A stretch of DNA of 64,000 bases from NCBI RefSeq assembly GCF_006345805.1, contig NW_021833283.1, forward strand, positions 1 to 64,000, in the 5' to 3' direction. The DNA is from Octopus sinensis. Lineage: Eukaryota. Positions 27,487 to 41,591 of this stretch are shown piece after piece. The notes under the pieces were generated by a model. The model did not search any database, was not told the origin of the DNA, and saw only the letters and a list, made by a program, of their open reading frames with translations. Numbering within the stretch: the first letter of the stretch is position 1; each line of letters opens with the position of its first letter. A program made the translations under genes and the position numbers.

Positions 27487-28103
27487 AATATGTATAAGTT
27501 AATTCCTAACAGATCATTAACGCCCAATTTTATATTACTTTAAGGTTTTGATACATGGCAAGCAATTTTAGAAAGGTCTTCATTCAATTAGATCAAACCT
27601 AGTTTATTAACATTGAGAGGATGAAGAACTACGACGACCTCAGCAGAATTTGAAAATAAAAACGGGCAAAATGCCGCTAAATATTTTGCACGTCTGCAAG
27701 TGATTCTGTCAGCTCGTCGCCTTATGTACACTATTGAAATAGAATGAATATCGATAATATAAAGTTGAATGTATACACAGATCGGTTTAAAGAGATACTT
27801 GGAAGCAACTTATTAAGGAACCTAATTTTTCTCAACAGCTATTTCAGAGAAGCATATGTAGGCGCAAACGTGGATGTGTGTGGTAAGAAGTTTGCTCCTC
27901 AATCACATGGATTCGGGTTCAGTCCAGCAGCATGTCGCTTTGAAGAAGTGCCGTTTACTATAGCCTAGGGCAGGCCAAAATCTTCTGTATGGTTATGGCA
28001 TCCGGAAACTGAACGAAGCCAGTCATATATTTGTATGTATGAATGTATATGTATGTATACGTTATGCATGTATGTCTGTATATATATATATGTATATCAG
28101 TAT

Positions 28104-28146
<43 letters not shown>

Positions 28147-28266
28147 ATATATTTATGTGTGTGTGTGGGTGGTGCGCGCACACATGGACACAACAACAAA
28201 CACACACATGCACACAAGTGGTGGCGACGAATGATAGACTTATATATGTATGTATATATCTATATA

Positions 28267-28369
<103 letters not shown>

Positions 28370-28376
28370 TATATAT

Positions 28377-28426
<50 letters not shown>

Positions 28427-28565
28427 ATAATAAGGGTGAGAGAATTAGATACTAATATAGTATATTATTCAACACCAAGTGGCCTAGTGCTACGAGAAAC
28501 CTGGATTATTATAATATTATAATATAATATATTATAATATAATATTTGTAAAAATATTTTATATT

Positions 28566-28603
<38 letters not shown>

Positions 28604-29903
28604 CTTACTCTTGAACTTATATGTATACGTGCATAGATAAAATCACATATATATCTATATGTACAGAACAACATACATTTAAGCTTGTGTACCTTCATAC
28701 ATATACACATACATTCGTATATACACGCATTCATATTATATACGAAGAAACACATAACTAAACTCATACAATTTCTATGCATGCATTCATGCATGCTCAC
28801 ATATATTGAGACATAGATTCAAATATACATGTATACATACATACGTACATACATACATATATATATATATATATACACATACATATATACTTACATACAT
28901 TCATAGTACATATATATATAGAGAGATCCATGTGTCCTGTCACGAAAAGTATATATGACACAAAGTCCTGCCTGCTTTGCCTATCAGTCTTTTATCTTAC
29001 CCATATTTTAAGAGTACAAAGCACTAAAATAACTGTCGCTGTCATTCTTTTGTTTTATGTGTTTGAAGAAATTTAATTCTATTAAAGTCACCCTCAGATG
29101 TTCATATCACAATGCCGTATCTCGGAATATATCACATAAAATAATCTCACATTTGTATTTCACACCATGTTCCGATAATTTAATCTCTTTATTAAATATA
29201 TTTTAAGAAGCCAAACTTACACACATACTTATATGTATATGTGTTTCTCTGTGTGTGTGAGTGTGTGCGTATTTTTGTATATATATAAAGACACATATAT
29301 AAAGACATGTAAACGTATATATACATTTATGTACACATACTTTTTATTTACTACATTATGTTTGCACCCATGTTTGTATAATAACGCCAAGGAAGCATTT
29401 CTCAGTATCCAGCTCTCTTTCTGCCCACCCCCACTTGTATTTCCCTGTCTCTCGCTCTCTTTCTCCCCCCTCTCTTTCCTGCTTTCAATCATTTTGGGCT
29501 TCTCTGCAAGAAATAGAAGCTAAGTCACCTTTTGAATCACTATGCCTGTTTAACATACATTTCCTTTGGGTACTAGATTTTGTGTTTCTTGTCAAGAATA
29601 CATGAGTGATAGAAAAAGGCCATCCTTCACGGCTAGAAGCTGGAGGCCTTGCACAAGACCACCACACGTTAGCACCAACTGTGATTTCGTGTCGCAAACG
29701 TACAATCCGCCAAAGTTTTCACCATCCACCCCTGGTTGCCATTATACCATTTTTGTGATTGTTAACTGCGAAATCGTTTTTCCTTCCCTCAACCATCTAG
29801 GATGCGGACGCAAATCTTCATGGGCTTGATAACGAGGTCAAAATATTGTCATCTGTGCCGTTGTGACCATTACCACCTACCTTTATTGCACATCTAACAT
29901 AAT

Positions 29904-30212
29904 GTGGAGGCACATGGCCTAGTGGTTAGAGCAGCAGCCTCGCGGTCGAGGGATCGCAGGTTCGAATCTCAGACCGGGTGATGTGTGTGTTTATGAGCGA
30001 AACACTTAAGCTCCACGCGGCTCCGGCAGAAGGTAATGGTGAACCTTCTGCTGACTCTTTCACCACAACTTTCTCTCACTCTTTCCTCCTGCATCTAGCA
30101 GCTCACCTGCGACGGACCAGCATCCCGTCCAGGTGGGGGAACTTTACGCTAAGAAACCGGGAAATGGGCCCTTATGAACCAGGCATGGCTCGAAAAGGAA
30201 CAAACAACAACT
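29904..30212 (+). mobile_element. SINE family B, full length
   Basis: A box TGGCCTAGTGG, B box GGTTCGAATCTC and (CAA)n tail. 11-bp TSD TCTAACATAAT at 29893-29903 and 30213-30223. Confidence 0.92.
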
Positions 30213-30571
30213 TCTAACATAATCAAGATTGAACTGTCCATTCTCAGATGCCCAACTGATGTGTTGCTCTCGCCTCTATCACGTCATTTCAAAAACCTTT
30301 GTTGCTTGCTGTCAGCCACTTTTGAGGTTTACACTTCATCCCATTTCCTGATATATCTTCCGGAATAGAATTAACAGTAGACTACCTACGTAGAAAGGAA
30401 GAAAATATATTCTGATTGTAATGGTTGCCTCTGATTATTTCACAGTAAATAATAAATGCTCATACTTCTTCTGTCATCTTCAATCATCACCATCAGCATT
30501 ATCCTCCTCCTCCTCCCCCCTCATCATCCTGAACCTCATCCACCTCATCTTCGTCGTCATCATCGTCGTCG

Positions 30572-30604
<33 letters not shown>

Positions 30605-31563
30605 CTGCCACGTCATCGTCCCTATAGTCCCCATTGACATCATCGTCATTATTATCATAATTATTGTCGTAGTCGTCAACGTTGTCAACAACGACAGCCT
30701 AACAGAGATGGAACCCAACATCCCACACTCGGCTTTCTAGAAATAGATGCAAATGTCTCCTAAATTCACACACTACGATGTAAAAAGGGAAGGACGAAGC
30801 AAAGGCACTGTATTAAACGTTCAAATACACCTGATTCTTATAAACTCGAATGTTTTGATTGCAGGTCTGTTCTAGACAACCTGCCCTAAATATAAATTAC
30901 TCTGCCACGGGCAATACCATGGCCATCAACAAGAACATCAACAGCAAAGCGAACTATATCAACCAGAAAATGAGACACAGCTAGCATGAAGAACCGTTGA
31001 GGTAACACGTATAACATTATTAGATACTACAAAATTGTAGCAAGATCTAATTCCAATCAAGTACTATGGTTTCTAACAAGTATTTCATATGAGATAATGG
31101 AATCCGAGAGAGAGAGAGCATTTCTTAGATTCATGCAAATATAGAAGAGAAAATTTTGAGATAGATTGAGAGAAAAAAAATTGAGTGAGATAATGAGAGA
31201 GAGAGAGAGAGAGAGAGAAGGAGGGGGAGGAGGGGGAGGAGGAGGAAACGAGACAGAGTCGTAGAAAATGAAATGGCGTGAGATGGAGAGAACGAGTGAA
31301 CGTAGTTGAAAAAGTGAAATTGAAAGTAAGTACTACGGAGAGACAATGGAGAATTTTTAGAGACATGAAGAGAAATGAAGAGAGAGTAAGAAAGAGAAGG
31401 GAGAGCGAATGACCAAAGAGAGATATTCTAACAGTCAATGAAATTTGAGAAAGAGAAGGAGAGGCAGAATTGGAATGACAGCGATAGATAGAGACATTTA
31501 GGGAGAAAGATATAAAAAAGATAAGTACGGAGACAATTAGAGAGAAAAAAAAACTCAGCAAGA

Positions 31564-31631
<68 letters not shown>

Positions 31632-31770
31632 TAATAATAATAATAATAATAATGATAATAATGATAATAATAACAACAACAATAGAAGTAGTAATAATAA
31701 TAGTAATAATAACAACGACAGCAACAACAATAATAATAATAATAATAATAGAACCACCACCAACAATAAT
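31564..31770. repeat. (AAT)n microsatellite preceded by a GA-rich tract
   Basis: Read directly. Confidence 0.95.
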
Positions 31771-32135
31771 AACGGTACAAGAGAAGAAAGTGAAGAAAAA
31801 GAGGTGAGTGGTTTAGGGAAAGGACGAACCATAACTGACATCATGATATATGGAGTAGATAATTGATAACTGTCAAAATTTTTTCCAGTCTTAAAAATAA
31901 CCATAAAATATCACAGAAATTTCATCCCAACCTCTAGTACGCCTGTACTTTAATGGGGGAGGGGGTGCGTTTCTGCGCTGTTTTATGTTTCCCTCTAATC
32001 TTCCCTACCTTTCCCAGTACCTCATTGCCTTCTCCGCATCTTCCTGCTTTTTAATACTTCTCTCTTCCTCTTTTGCTATCTATGAATATGTGTGTATATG
32101 TGTGCATGCATTTTTGTTTGTTTTGCTTGTCCGTT

Positions 32136-32195
<60 letters not shown>

Positions 32196-32494
32196 CCGAA
32201 AGTTGCCATTTTGAATCTATGAAACAACAAATAACGAACTGATAAAACAACGTAACGCGATTCATTCAAAAAGCAAGCAACACAACACGCCAAAACACGC
32301 CAAAACACGCCACAATACATTCACATACGCACACATGTCCACACTCGCACACACACTCGCACACACTCACACAGACACACATATATGAACGTAAGTTTAT
32401 AAGTGCATACATATATAGTATATATATACACATATATACGCATGTACAAATACACACACACGTATATATATGTACATATATATATATATATATA

Positions 32495-32607
<113 letters not shown>

Positions 32608-33195
32608 TTGTGTGTTTGTATATTTTGTATGTATAACAACAACAACAAACATCGTCAACAACAATGCCATCAACGTCATCAACAAAAGGCTATAAGAATA
32701 AGGACATAGGGAGAATAAATAATAAATAAATAAACAAAATGGCAGGAAAATGTTTTTGAAACCAAGAAAAAAATTGATAAAAAATAAAGTGAGGCACATA
32801 AAAACGAAAAGAAGGGAGAGGATAACTTGAAATAGGAAGAGGAAAAATATTAACAAACACAAAAGAAATAAAACAATTTGAACGAAAGTAAAACAAAATA
32901 GATGGAAAAGCAAAAAAATATTTGATTTTGTTGAAAGCAAACCCCCCCTCCCCAGCCTTCATTGTAAATTATCTTTTAATGTACGATTTATTTTAATTGT
33001 CTGCAAATATTTATGGCTTTTCCTTCACGTCACCATAATTGATACATCCATACTTGTTTTGTGTCAAGGTCTTCTGGGCAGCCGAACTCTACTACACTAC
33101 TCTGATGTCTTTTCTTCCTACACTTCATTTTTTTAAAAAATTGTATCTTTAATCTGTTTTCTTTTTGTTTCTTTTTCTCTCCTGCTTTCACTCAG

Positions 33196-33232
33196 TAAAT
33201 GATCTTGTCTGCCAAAGGGCTGCTTATACTGT
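33196..33232 (+). CDS. Candidate 37-bp micro-exon (x)NDLVCQRAAYTV
   Basis: A ~45-nt pyrimidine tract ending TTTCACTCAG, and donor GTACGT. The peptide resembles the cadherin inter-repeat 'ND......Y.V'. Confidence 0.3.
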
Positions 33233-33766
33233 GTACGTATCAGCCTGTGTATCGTTGTGATATATCTCATAAATCTGTATTCGTCTGTGTGTATGCATCA
33301 GTTTACATATTCTATGCGTGTGTATGGTATGCAATTTTTAGAGTATTCCATATTTTCGTTATATGGTAGATCGGAGATCCTTTCTTTCTGCGGTTTTGCT
33401 ATCACCTAAGCATTAATTCGTAACCCTGATTACCTGTTGAGCCATCGCTTGCTCACAACAAATGAATATTTTTAGCTGATAATAAAACGTAGTGTCGTAT
33501 TGGGACAATAATTCACATCCCACTAAATTATGGGTAACTTCTCAAAGTGTTTCTGTACCATATTTTTTGATGGCTAATTATTTAAAAATACATCTAGCTC
33601 TATAACCAAAAAGCACTGGATAACACCGCAATGCTTACTTCTTCAACACACTGTTTCATACTAAAAAGAAACCGAACGAAATATTTGTCTAATGCTTCGG
33701 CTTATAAATGATTCATCATAAAATCATCTTTTACCCGATCATAACATAATACAGGTTTACACACAT

Positions 33767-33825
<59 letters not shown>

Positions 33826-34751
33826 AAAACAAACTCATATTTCTGTATCATTTAGTAATAGAGGAACAACGATCTTCTTATTCAAATTGGTCTGCACAAT
33901 ATCGTTGGTTTGAAGGCTTACAGGTTTATATCACTTGAAAATGCATAGACAGAACGGAACCATCTGGAAGCCACGTTTACGCAGTCGACTGACTTACTAA
34001 ACATAACAGCTAAATCACATGCAGATCTATTTTCCACTTTAAATAAATACGCCTATTCAGAGAGTATCTTACAACAAACAACAACAATGACAATAATAAC
34101 ATAATTGTCAAAATTACAGAAAGAGACACTTTTTTGTGGGCTATTTTTGCTTGAAACGTGACAGAAGTAATAACATGTATAGTCGCCTGTATTGGTTGGT
34201 ATTTTGGTGGAGTTGATAGTTCTCGAAACTTCCTACGTTGAAGAATCGTATACTACTGGAGTTAATGATGCATAGACAGCACTGTTATCATTGTCGAACA
34301 CAATAGCCCTATGTACACTCCACTCTAAATCTCTCACTCCTAATATAACTACCACTTATATACTTTAGAGTATCCTGCCTCCCTCAGAAGTCATATGTCG
34401 AACAACCATGAAACCACAAGGGAAACAACCGGAATTTAGAGACGAACTTTTCAAGATTAATATTCTTCAACATCTCCACACATTTAGATGAACGCACAAA
34501 CACACACACACATACACACGCACACACACACACACACACGCACACACACACGCACAATATTCTATTTGCAAAGGCTCAAAGGTGGGCATATCTTCGAAAA
34601 AAGAATTGTTATTTAGTTTCATTCCGTATTCTAATGAGTTACAAAAAAAATGTAAGTTTTGCTTAAGTTACAGACACAGAAGCACATTCTAAAGACGATT
34701 TGGCCTGGAAATACTCCGGATACCTTAGAGACAGAATCATTAACAAATCAG

Positions 34752-34915
34752 TTTTAGCCAGTTCTAGCTTGTGTCATTGGTAATGACCAGACACTTTGGA
34801 GCTGAGATGCCCTCGCACCTCAAACATCCAGCCTTTTAACCAGTTTTAGCTTGCATCATTGCCCATAACGTGATACCTTGGAGCTGAGATGCCCTCTTAC
34901 TTCGAACAACCGACG
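34752..34915. repeat. Diverged 82-bp tandem duplication
   Basis: Units 34752-34833 and 34834-34915 share TTTTA.CCAGTT.TAGCTTG and TTGGAGCTGAGATGCCCTC. Confidence 0.85.
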
Positions 34916-34974
34916 TCAATCTGTACCGCATCCCATCACGTAAGCAAGCTCAAGCAATGAGAACCGACCATGCG

Positions 34975-35212
34975 AATACCTATTTCTTTACTACCCACAA
35001 GGGGCTAAACACAGAGAGGACAAACAAGGACAGACAAATAGATTAAGTCGATTAGATCGACCCCAGTGCGTAACAGATACTTAATTTATCGACCCCAAAA
35101 GGATGAGAGGCAAAGTAGACCTCGGCGGAATTTTGAACTCAGAACGTAACGGCAGAGGAAATACGGCTACGCATTTCGCCCGGTGTGCTAACGATTCTGC
35201 CAGCTCACCGCC
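34975..35212 (-). mobile_element. SINE family C
   Basis: Matches family C with tail type 1, and continues a few bases into the start of a second unit (GGTATTCG). Confidence 0.9.
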
Positions 35213-35685
35213 AACTGATATAATGCTTGCTTCAAATACTGACCAAATTTTCTGACTGATCACTCACCTGTAGACTTTGTGTGCGAATGTAAAACTCACA
35301 GTAAAAATGGAAGGAATCAGTAAGTATATCCGAACGAATACAACCTCCACGTGTTGTGAACTTTTACACTTCATTTTTATACATCACATGTTCAAAATAT
35401 TTGGCACAGTACTTGTACTGAAGCAGAAGAATTTACATCAAAGCAGATTCGGGATTATGATATAACTGTTTTATAACTTCAAATCATACTATCAAGTTGT
35501 ATTTACATCCGTTATATTTTATAATCATATTATATTATTATATGTTAAATTGGATTTCTTATCATATATTTACAAATAAACTATCTAATGTGATCTTATT
35601 TTTTCAGATTGAATGTCAGGTTTTGAAGGGTATTTGACGCAACAATACCTCGTAGCTGAAACTACTGGATAATGTAATGATGTAC

Positions 35686-35940
35686 TTTTTTTTTCCTTCT
35701 CGAGCCATGCCTGACTCATAAGGGCCGGTCTCCCGGTTTCTTGGCGTATAGGTTCCCCACCTGGATGGGTAGCCGGTCCGTCGCAGGTGAGCTGCAAGAT
35801 GCAGGAGAAAAGAGTGAGAGAGAGAGAGAGTTGTGGCGAAAGAGTCAGCAGAAGTTCGCCATTACCTTCTGCCGGAGCCGCGTGGTTTAAATGCCGATAA
35901 GCATTTCGCCCGGCGTGCTAACGTTTCTGCCAGCTCGCTG
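35686..35940 (-). mobile_element. Chimeric SINE: family C head joined to family B body
   Basis: 35892-35940 is the C head and 35686-35885 is the B body and tail. Both have the same orientation. Confidence 0.8.
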
Positions 35941-36159
35941 CATGATGTTGTACTATGTGTATACTACTGATATTTTCACACACAGACACACAAACACGCG
36001 TACACACAAACACACACATATAGTGTCTAATTTCTTATAGAGCTAATTTGAAGTAATTAAAACTATAAACGTTCTTTCAAAATGCATAAAAATCAAATTT
36101 TCCAATCCGTCCATAATAGATTATGACCTAAAAACATTATAACTCTAACATAAATATAT

Positions 36160-36186
36160 TGATACATAAACACACACATACACATA

Positions 36187-36235
<49 letters not shown>

Positions 36236-36637
36236 ACACACACCACGCACACACACACACACATACACATACACACACACGCACACACACACACACACAT
36301 ACACACATACACAACACACACACACACACACACACGCACACACATACACACACACACACACACATACACACACACACCACATACACACACACACACACGC
36401 ACACACACACGCAGCACTGTCAAACTTAAGTTAGGCTTCTCTGCAGATCAATGTCTTAACACTAATACAGTTTAAGGTCTCAAAATACGAATTGCTCTTA
36501 TGTTATCGATAAATCGATATTGTTATAAAGACATTTTAAAACTGTCACATATTACAATGACTGTTAAAGTTACAAATCTTATTGAGAAATATGATAGATT
36601 GTTCTGTTCACTACCGAAGATCAACGCTACCAGTGGT

Positions 36638-36676
<39 letters not shown>

Positions 36677-36877
36677 GTCGTCGTCGTCATCATCATCGTC
36701 ATCATCATCATCATCATCCTCATCATTACCATCATCATCACCGTCGTCATCATCGTCATCATCATCGCTATCATCATCATCACCATCATCATCGTCATCA
36801 TCATAATCATCATCATCGTCGTCGTCGTCGTCATCATCATCGTCATCATCATCATCATCGTCATCATCATTGCTATC

Positions 36878-36909
<32 letters not shown>

Positions 36910-37045
36910 CATTATCATAATCGTCGTCGTCGTCATCATCATCATCATCGTCATCATCATCGCTATCATTATCATCATCACCATCATCATCATCATCATC
37001 AATATCATCATCATCGTCATCATCTTCGCTATCATCATCATCATC

Positions 37046-37077
<32 letters not shown>

Positions 37078-37790
37078 CATTCTCATCATCACCATAATCG
37101 TCGTTGTCGTCTTCTATTTCTAATAACATATTTCATAAACATCTTTATGGTCTTATTGTATTCGCGTGTTGTCCATGTCCGTGGGCACACGTCTGGGTGT
37201 ATGTGTAGATATGTGTACAGGGAGACACAGGTAAGTGGGTGACAGGTATTCAGATATATATATCCTTATTATTCGTGACAGTGTATCCGTGTATATGTAT
37301 GTGTGTACGCGTACTAGTGCGTATTTGTGACTCCCGTGTCTCTCTACGAGAATTTAAGTGTGTTTTGTGTGTGGTGTATCCATTTAAAACCAAACATAAC
37401 ATTAGCGGTAAGGTAATATTTTTACTGACAGTGTCATACGACAGCCTTTATATTGTGAATCAACTTGATGACACTGACCACTTTGGTGATGATGACAAGA
37501 TTATAGCGACGAAATTGATGCTGCTGATGATGATGACGACGACGACGTCGACGAAATTGATGATGATGATGATGATGATAATAATAATAATAATAATAAT
37601 AATAGAAGAAGAAGAGAAGAAGAAGAAGAGAAGAAGAAGAATAAGAAGAAGAAGAAGAAGAACAATAATAATAATAATAACAATAATAAGATGATAATGG
37701 TGATGATGATGATGATGATGATGATAGTAGTAGTAGTAGTGGTGGTGATTTTGATGATGATTTGCCATCAGCGTCGTCGTCATCGTCGTT
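36160..37790. repeat. (CA)n, long (ATC/GTC)n at 36638-37110, and (GAT/AAT/AAG)n at 37520-37790
   Basis: Read directly. These tracts explain the poly-I, poly-M, poly-D and poly-S ORFs. Confidence 0.96.
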
Positions 37791-38357
37791 GTCGTCTTCT
37801 CTTCGATGTTATTGTCGTCGGTGTTGTCATCATCATCATCATTTGGTGGTGTTAATGACCAGTTAATATTTGCTGCCGGTTAGTGTAAATACTCGCTGGA
37901 CACATTTTCACCTAAATATACATTTATGCAATTATATTTAAAAACAAAATATAATGTTCATACTTTCTTGAATGCATATCGGTAAGCCATTAAAAACAAA
38001 TATACACACACACATACACACATACAAATAAACACACACAAATAAACACGCACCACATCACACGTTCCGTTCAATAGAACTTTGCATATATATAAATTAC
38101 ACTCTTTAATAATTTATATATACCTCATTAGATAGAGATGTCTATACGCATAATTATATGCACAACTAAATACAATATTTTGTGTAATTTCTTCAACACT
38201 TCTTATCTTTCGGCAAAGTGTTCTTGTGATTGGAAAGATGAAAGTTACATAAAGATCTTCTGTAAATAATTAAAAAATATATATTTCACAAAATTTGATG
38301 TATTTTATAAATTGTTTAATAAAGTTTGTAGAATCATACATACACGAACATAATCAT

Positions 38358-38680
38358 TTTTTCTGCTCTAGGCACAAGGCCCGAAATTTTTGGGGAGGGA
38401 CATGTCGATTAGTTCGACCCCAGTACGCAACTGGTACTTAATCTATCAACCCCCAAAGGATGAAAGGCAAAGTCGGCATCGGTGGAATTTGAACTCAGAA
38501 CTTAAAAGGATTAAGTCAATTATATCGACACCATTGCGTAAGTGGTACTTATTTAATCGACCCCGAAAGGATGAAAGGCAAAGTCGAAGTTGGCGGAATT
38601 TGAACTCGGAACGTAATGGCAGACGAAATACCGCTAAGTATTTTGCCCGGCGTGCTAACGGTTCTGCAAGCTCGCGGCAT
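38358..38680 (-). mobile_element. SINE family C dimer with internal deletion
   Basis: Two GGATGAAAGGCAAAGTCG cores, and tail type 2. Confidence 0.87.
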
Positions 38681-39116
38681 TGGAACACATAATTATTGAT
38701 GCATAAATGCACTCGTATTAAAATTTACAGAATATCAGAATATATGAAAATATGAACAAAAATGTCATTGTCATTAACAGATGCGGAGAACACCCTATAT
38801 ACATTATTCAGGTTCAAACCTGAGCTGAAATGATTTTAACACATAAACGAATAATCGACTATTAAATTTATAAGAAGACAACAAATTACAATTATTTCAG
38901 CTCAACTTCACTTTTACAACTCATGAAGTAAACTGGAGTAAATTTCAGGTCAGTGTATTATCGCGTTTTTACTACGAGTGGTCAACTGAATATGAAGTCA
39001 GAATGGGGTAATTTAAATACTCTACGCTCAGCGTCCTAAAAGCTGCCAGGTCAATATTTCCTTTCATCATTCCGTAATCCTTCGAATAAGTACACACACA
39101 CACACACCACACACAC

Positions 39117-39185
<69 letters not shown>

Positions 39186-40074
39186 CATACATAGATACAG
39201 ATAGATAGATAGATAGATAGATAGATATATAGATAGATAGATAGATCGGCAGATAACTAATAGATTGATAGATAGATAGATATATTGTTCATTCTGTTGT
39301 TAATACTAGTTTCCCAAGTTAGTTTGTACAAAAATACCAATTAGGGTAATAAAAGTATAAAAGTATTTTAAAGTACTTAAGAATTTTTGAGAAAAAATTA
39401 TGCAGCCCGCCATAATGCATATATTTTGACTGGCAGCATATCGGGTTTTTCTTTCTGGAATAAATGAATAAATTTCTTACAATATTTGCTGTATCTAAAG
39501 AGTTAATTGCGAGAAAACACCTCGTAAAGGTATCCAGAAACTAAGATTTCTCTCTTACTGTATTACGGTAGAACTTAAAATAACGAGGTAAATAAGAAGA
39601 ATCTATGGAATCATAAAGAGTATTCCCTGAAAAACCAAAAGAAAAAAGTACCAAATAAACGTGAATTTCGTCACTCACGATACAATATTAATTAATCTTA
39701 TATCAACCAAATATAACTTGCTATCCAAGCTAGAATGACGCTTGAAAGACATCACTAGAACAGCTAGAATAAAACATGAGACACAACTGAGACAGGACCT
39801 GAGAATGACCATCGCGGCAATTGAATTCACTTGAATTATTGATGGCTGTCTTCTCAGAGAAGAAAAAAAATGCACAACGTTTTTATTTTAGTTCAAGCAC
39901 AAAAGCTGAAGTTGCTGAAGGATTGATATACTTTCTTCTATGTCAGATTTTCACTCGTATATATTTCTGAATTTTGTGCATATTGCCCATGTTAAGTGAT
40001 AGTAACTGATGTATACATATATGTAAGCGTAGTATGTATATATGAATGTATGTACATTCATATTATTGTAGGAA

Positions 40075-40563
40075 TTAGTAATTAATATACACCCGTCGCA
40101 CGTGACGAGTCGAATGACAAACTCACTACAAGTAGGGTGACGTCGGCCAGTATCTAGAGAGTACGTTAAGTAAGAGAGTACATTGAGTAAGAGAGTACGT
40201 TGAGTAAGAGAGTACGTGTAGACTATGTTGATAGTCATGTCTTGTTCTGATATAATAATTATACTGTGATACTGAGTGTAAATTGATATAATCTATATTG
40301 TAAATTTCTAGTCGCCATATTACTTGCAACGAAAATGATCTTCTCCCTACTTAAGAGACCTGTCCGATTTGAATTCAAGTACTGGGTAGCGGGGTTTCAC
40401 CAAAATACTGGCCGTCGAAGTATACTATTCCACCACCCTTATCGTAGCTCAGAACATATCCTCTACCAAATTAGCCATTATTCGGAGATATAGTAACATG
40501 AGGCTTGTTGATTATAGAAACAAGCACGTAGATTCATACGTAGGATTGTGACAATACTAGAGA
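40075..40563 (-). mobile_element. Possible older non-autonomous Helitron containing a 17-bp minisatellite
   Basis: TTAG (CTAG variant), then a CGTCGCACGTGACG hairpin 15 nt inside, and GA|T at the far end. Unit AGAGAGTACGTTGAGTA occurs about 3.6 times at 40156-40217. Confidence 0.4.
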
Positions 40564-41414
40564 TTAGGCTATCAACTTAGATGCCGGGATACAAACATGG
40601 CGAGCGAATAAAATGTGGTCGCAGACTTCTCAAATGAAGCATATATACACTTGACATGACCCGGCCACTATATTTATTCCTTTTTACGCTCTTAATGTAT
40701 ATTTGGATATGAAAAAATTGCAATTATTACATTATATGCATGCATTTATGCACACAGACACACATGAGAGCATCTATCATCTTTTGTTTTTATTTAAGTG
40801 AATAATGTGAAATGGAATTCTGTGTTAGGGCTTCTTCAATTTTTTTTTATCCTAATAGTTAAAATATCCTTGCATTTAATATCCCGTCATAGTAATGTAC
40901 GATGAACAAGAAAGATTGCCTTAATAAGAATAAATTTAGCTTGTTTCCATTTTATAAACAATGTTTTGGTACAGCCGATGGTCAGGGTAACATTCTATTA
41001 AATATGAGTCTATTTCTATACTCAAATCATTATTATAATGTCTACGACATGGGAGTCCATTGAGAAATATAGATGACGCAATTAAGTTCGTTGTTTTAAG
41101 TGGATTTCGCAGCAAAAACTGGCGAGACGCTTACATAATTTTGGGTTCAAATATTTAAAAAAATTAACAGAAATAAATTAATTCCCTGAGCTTGAACAAC
41201 ACATTGATCTTTATTGGGGAGAAGAGTAAAAGAATTCTCAGTGGAATAGATATAAAAGATCTTATCAAAAATATAACCCGATTTTGATAAAAAATTACAT
41301 GTAATTTTTTTATTATAAAAGTTTTATAACTTATTGCATATTTTATTATATTATGTGGTTTGAAAGATTCTCCTTTGTTTGGGGGCTGATGGCATGTACA
41401 ATGATGTTTGTATG

Positions 41415-41494
<80 letters not shown>

Positions 41495-41591
41495 TATATG
41501 TGTTATATATATATACATAATATATATATATGTATATGTATATATATATGTATGTATATATATATATGTGTGTGTGTGTGTATATATACTT

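Noticed and set aside
29904-29980. tRNA-like sequences here and at 48649, 20848 and 23126
   Set aside because: They continue into SINE bodies, several with tails and TSDs, and lack a proper acceptor stem. They are SINE heads, not tRNA genes.
40156-40217. Short direct repeats suggestive of a CRISPR array (also 34752-34915)
   Set aside because: There are no unique spacers and no cas genes, and the context is eukaryotic.
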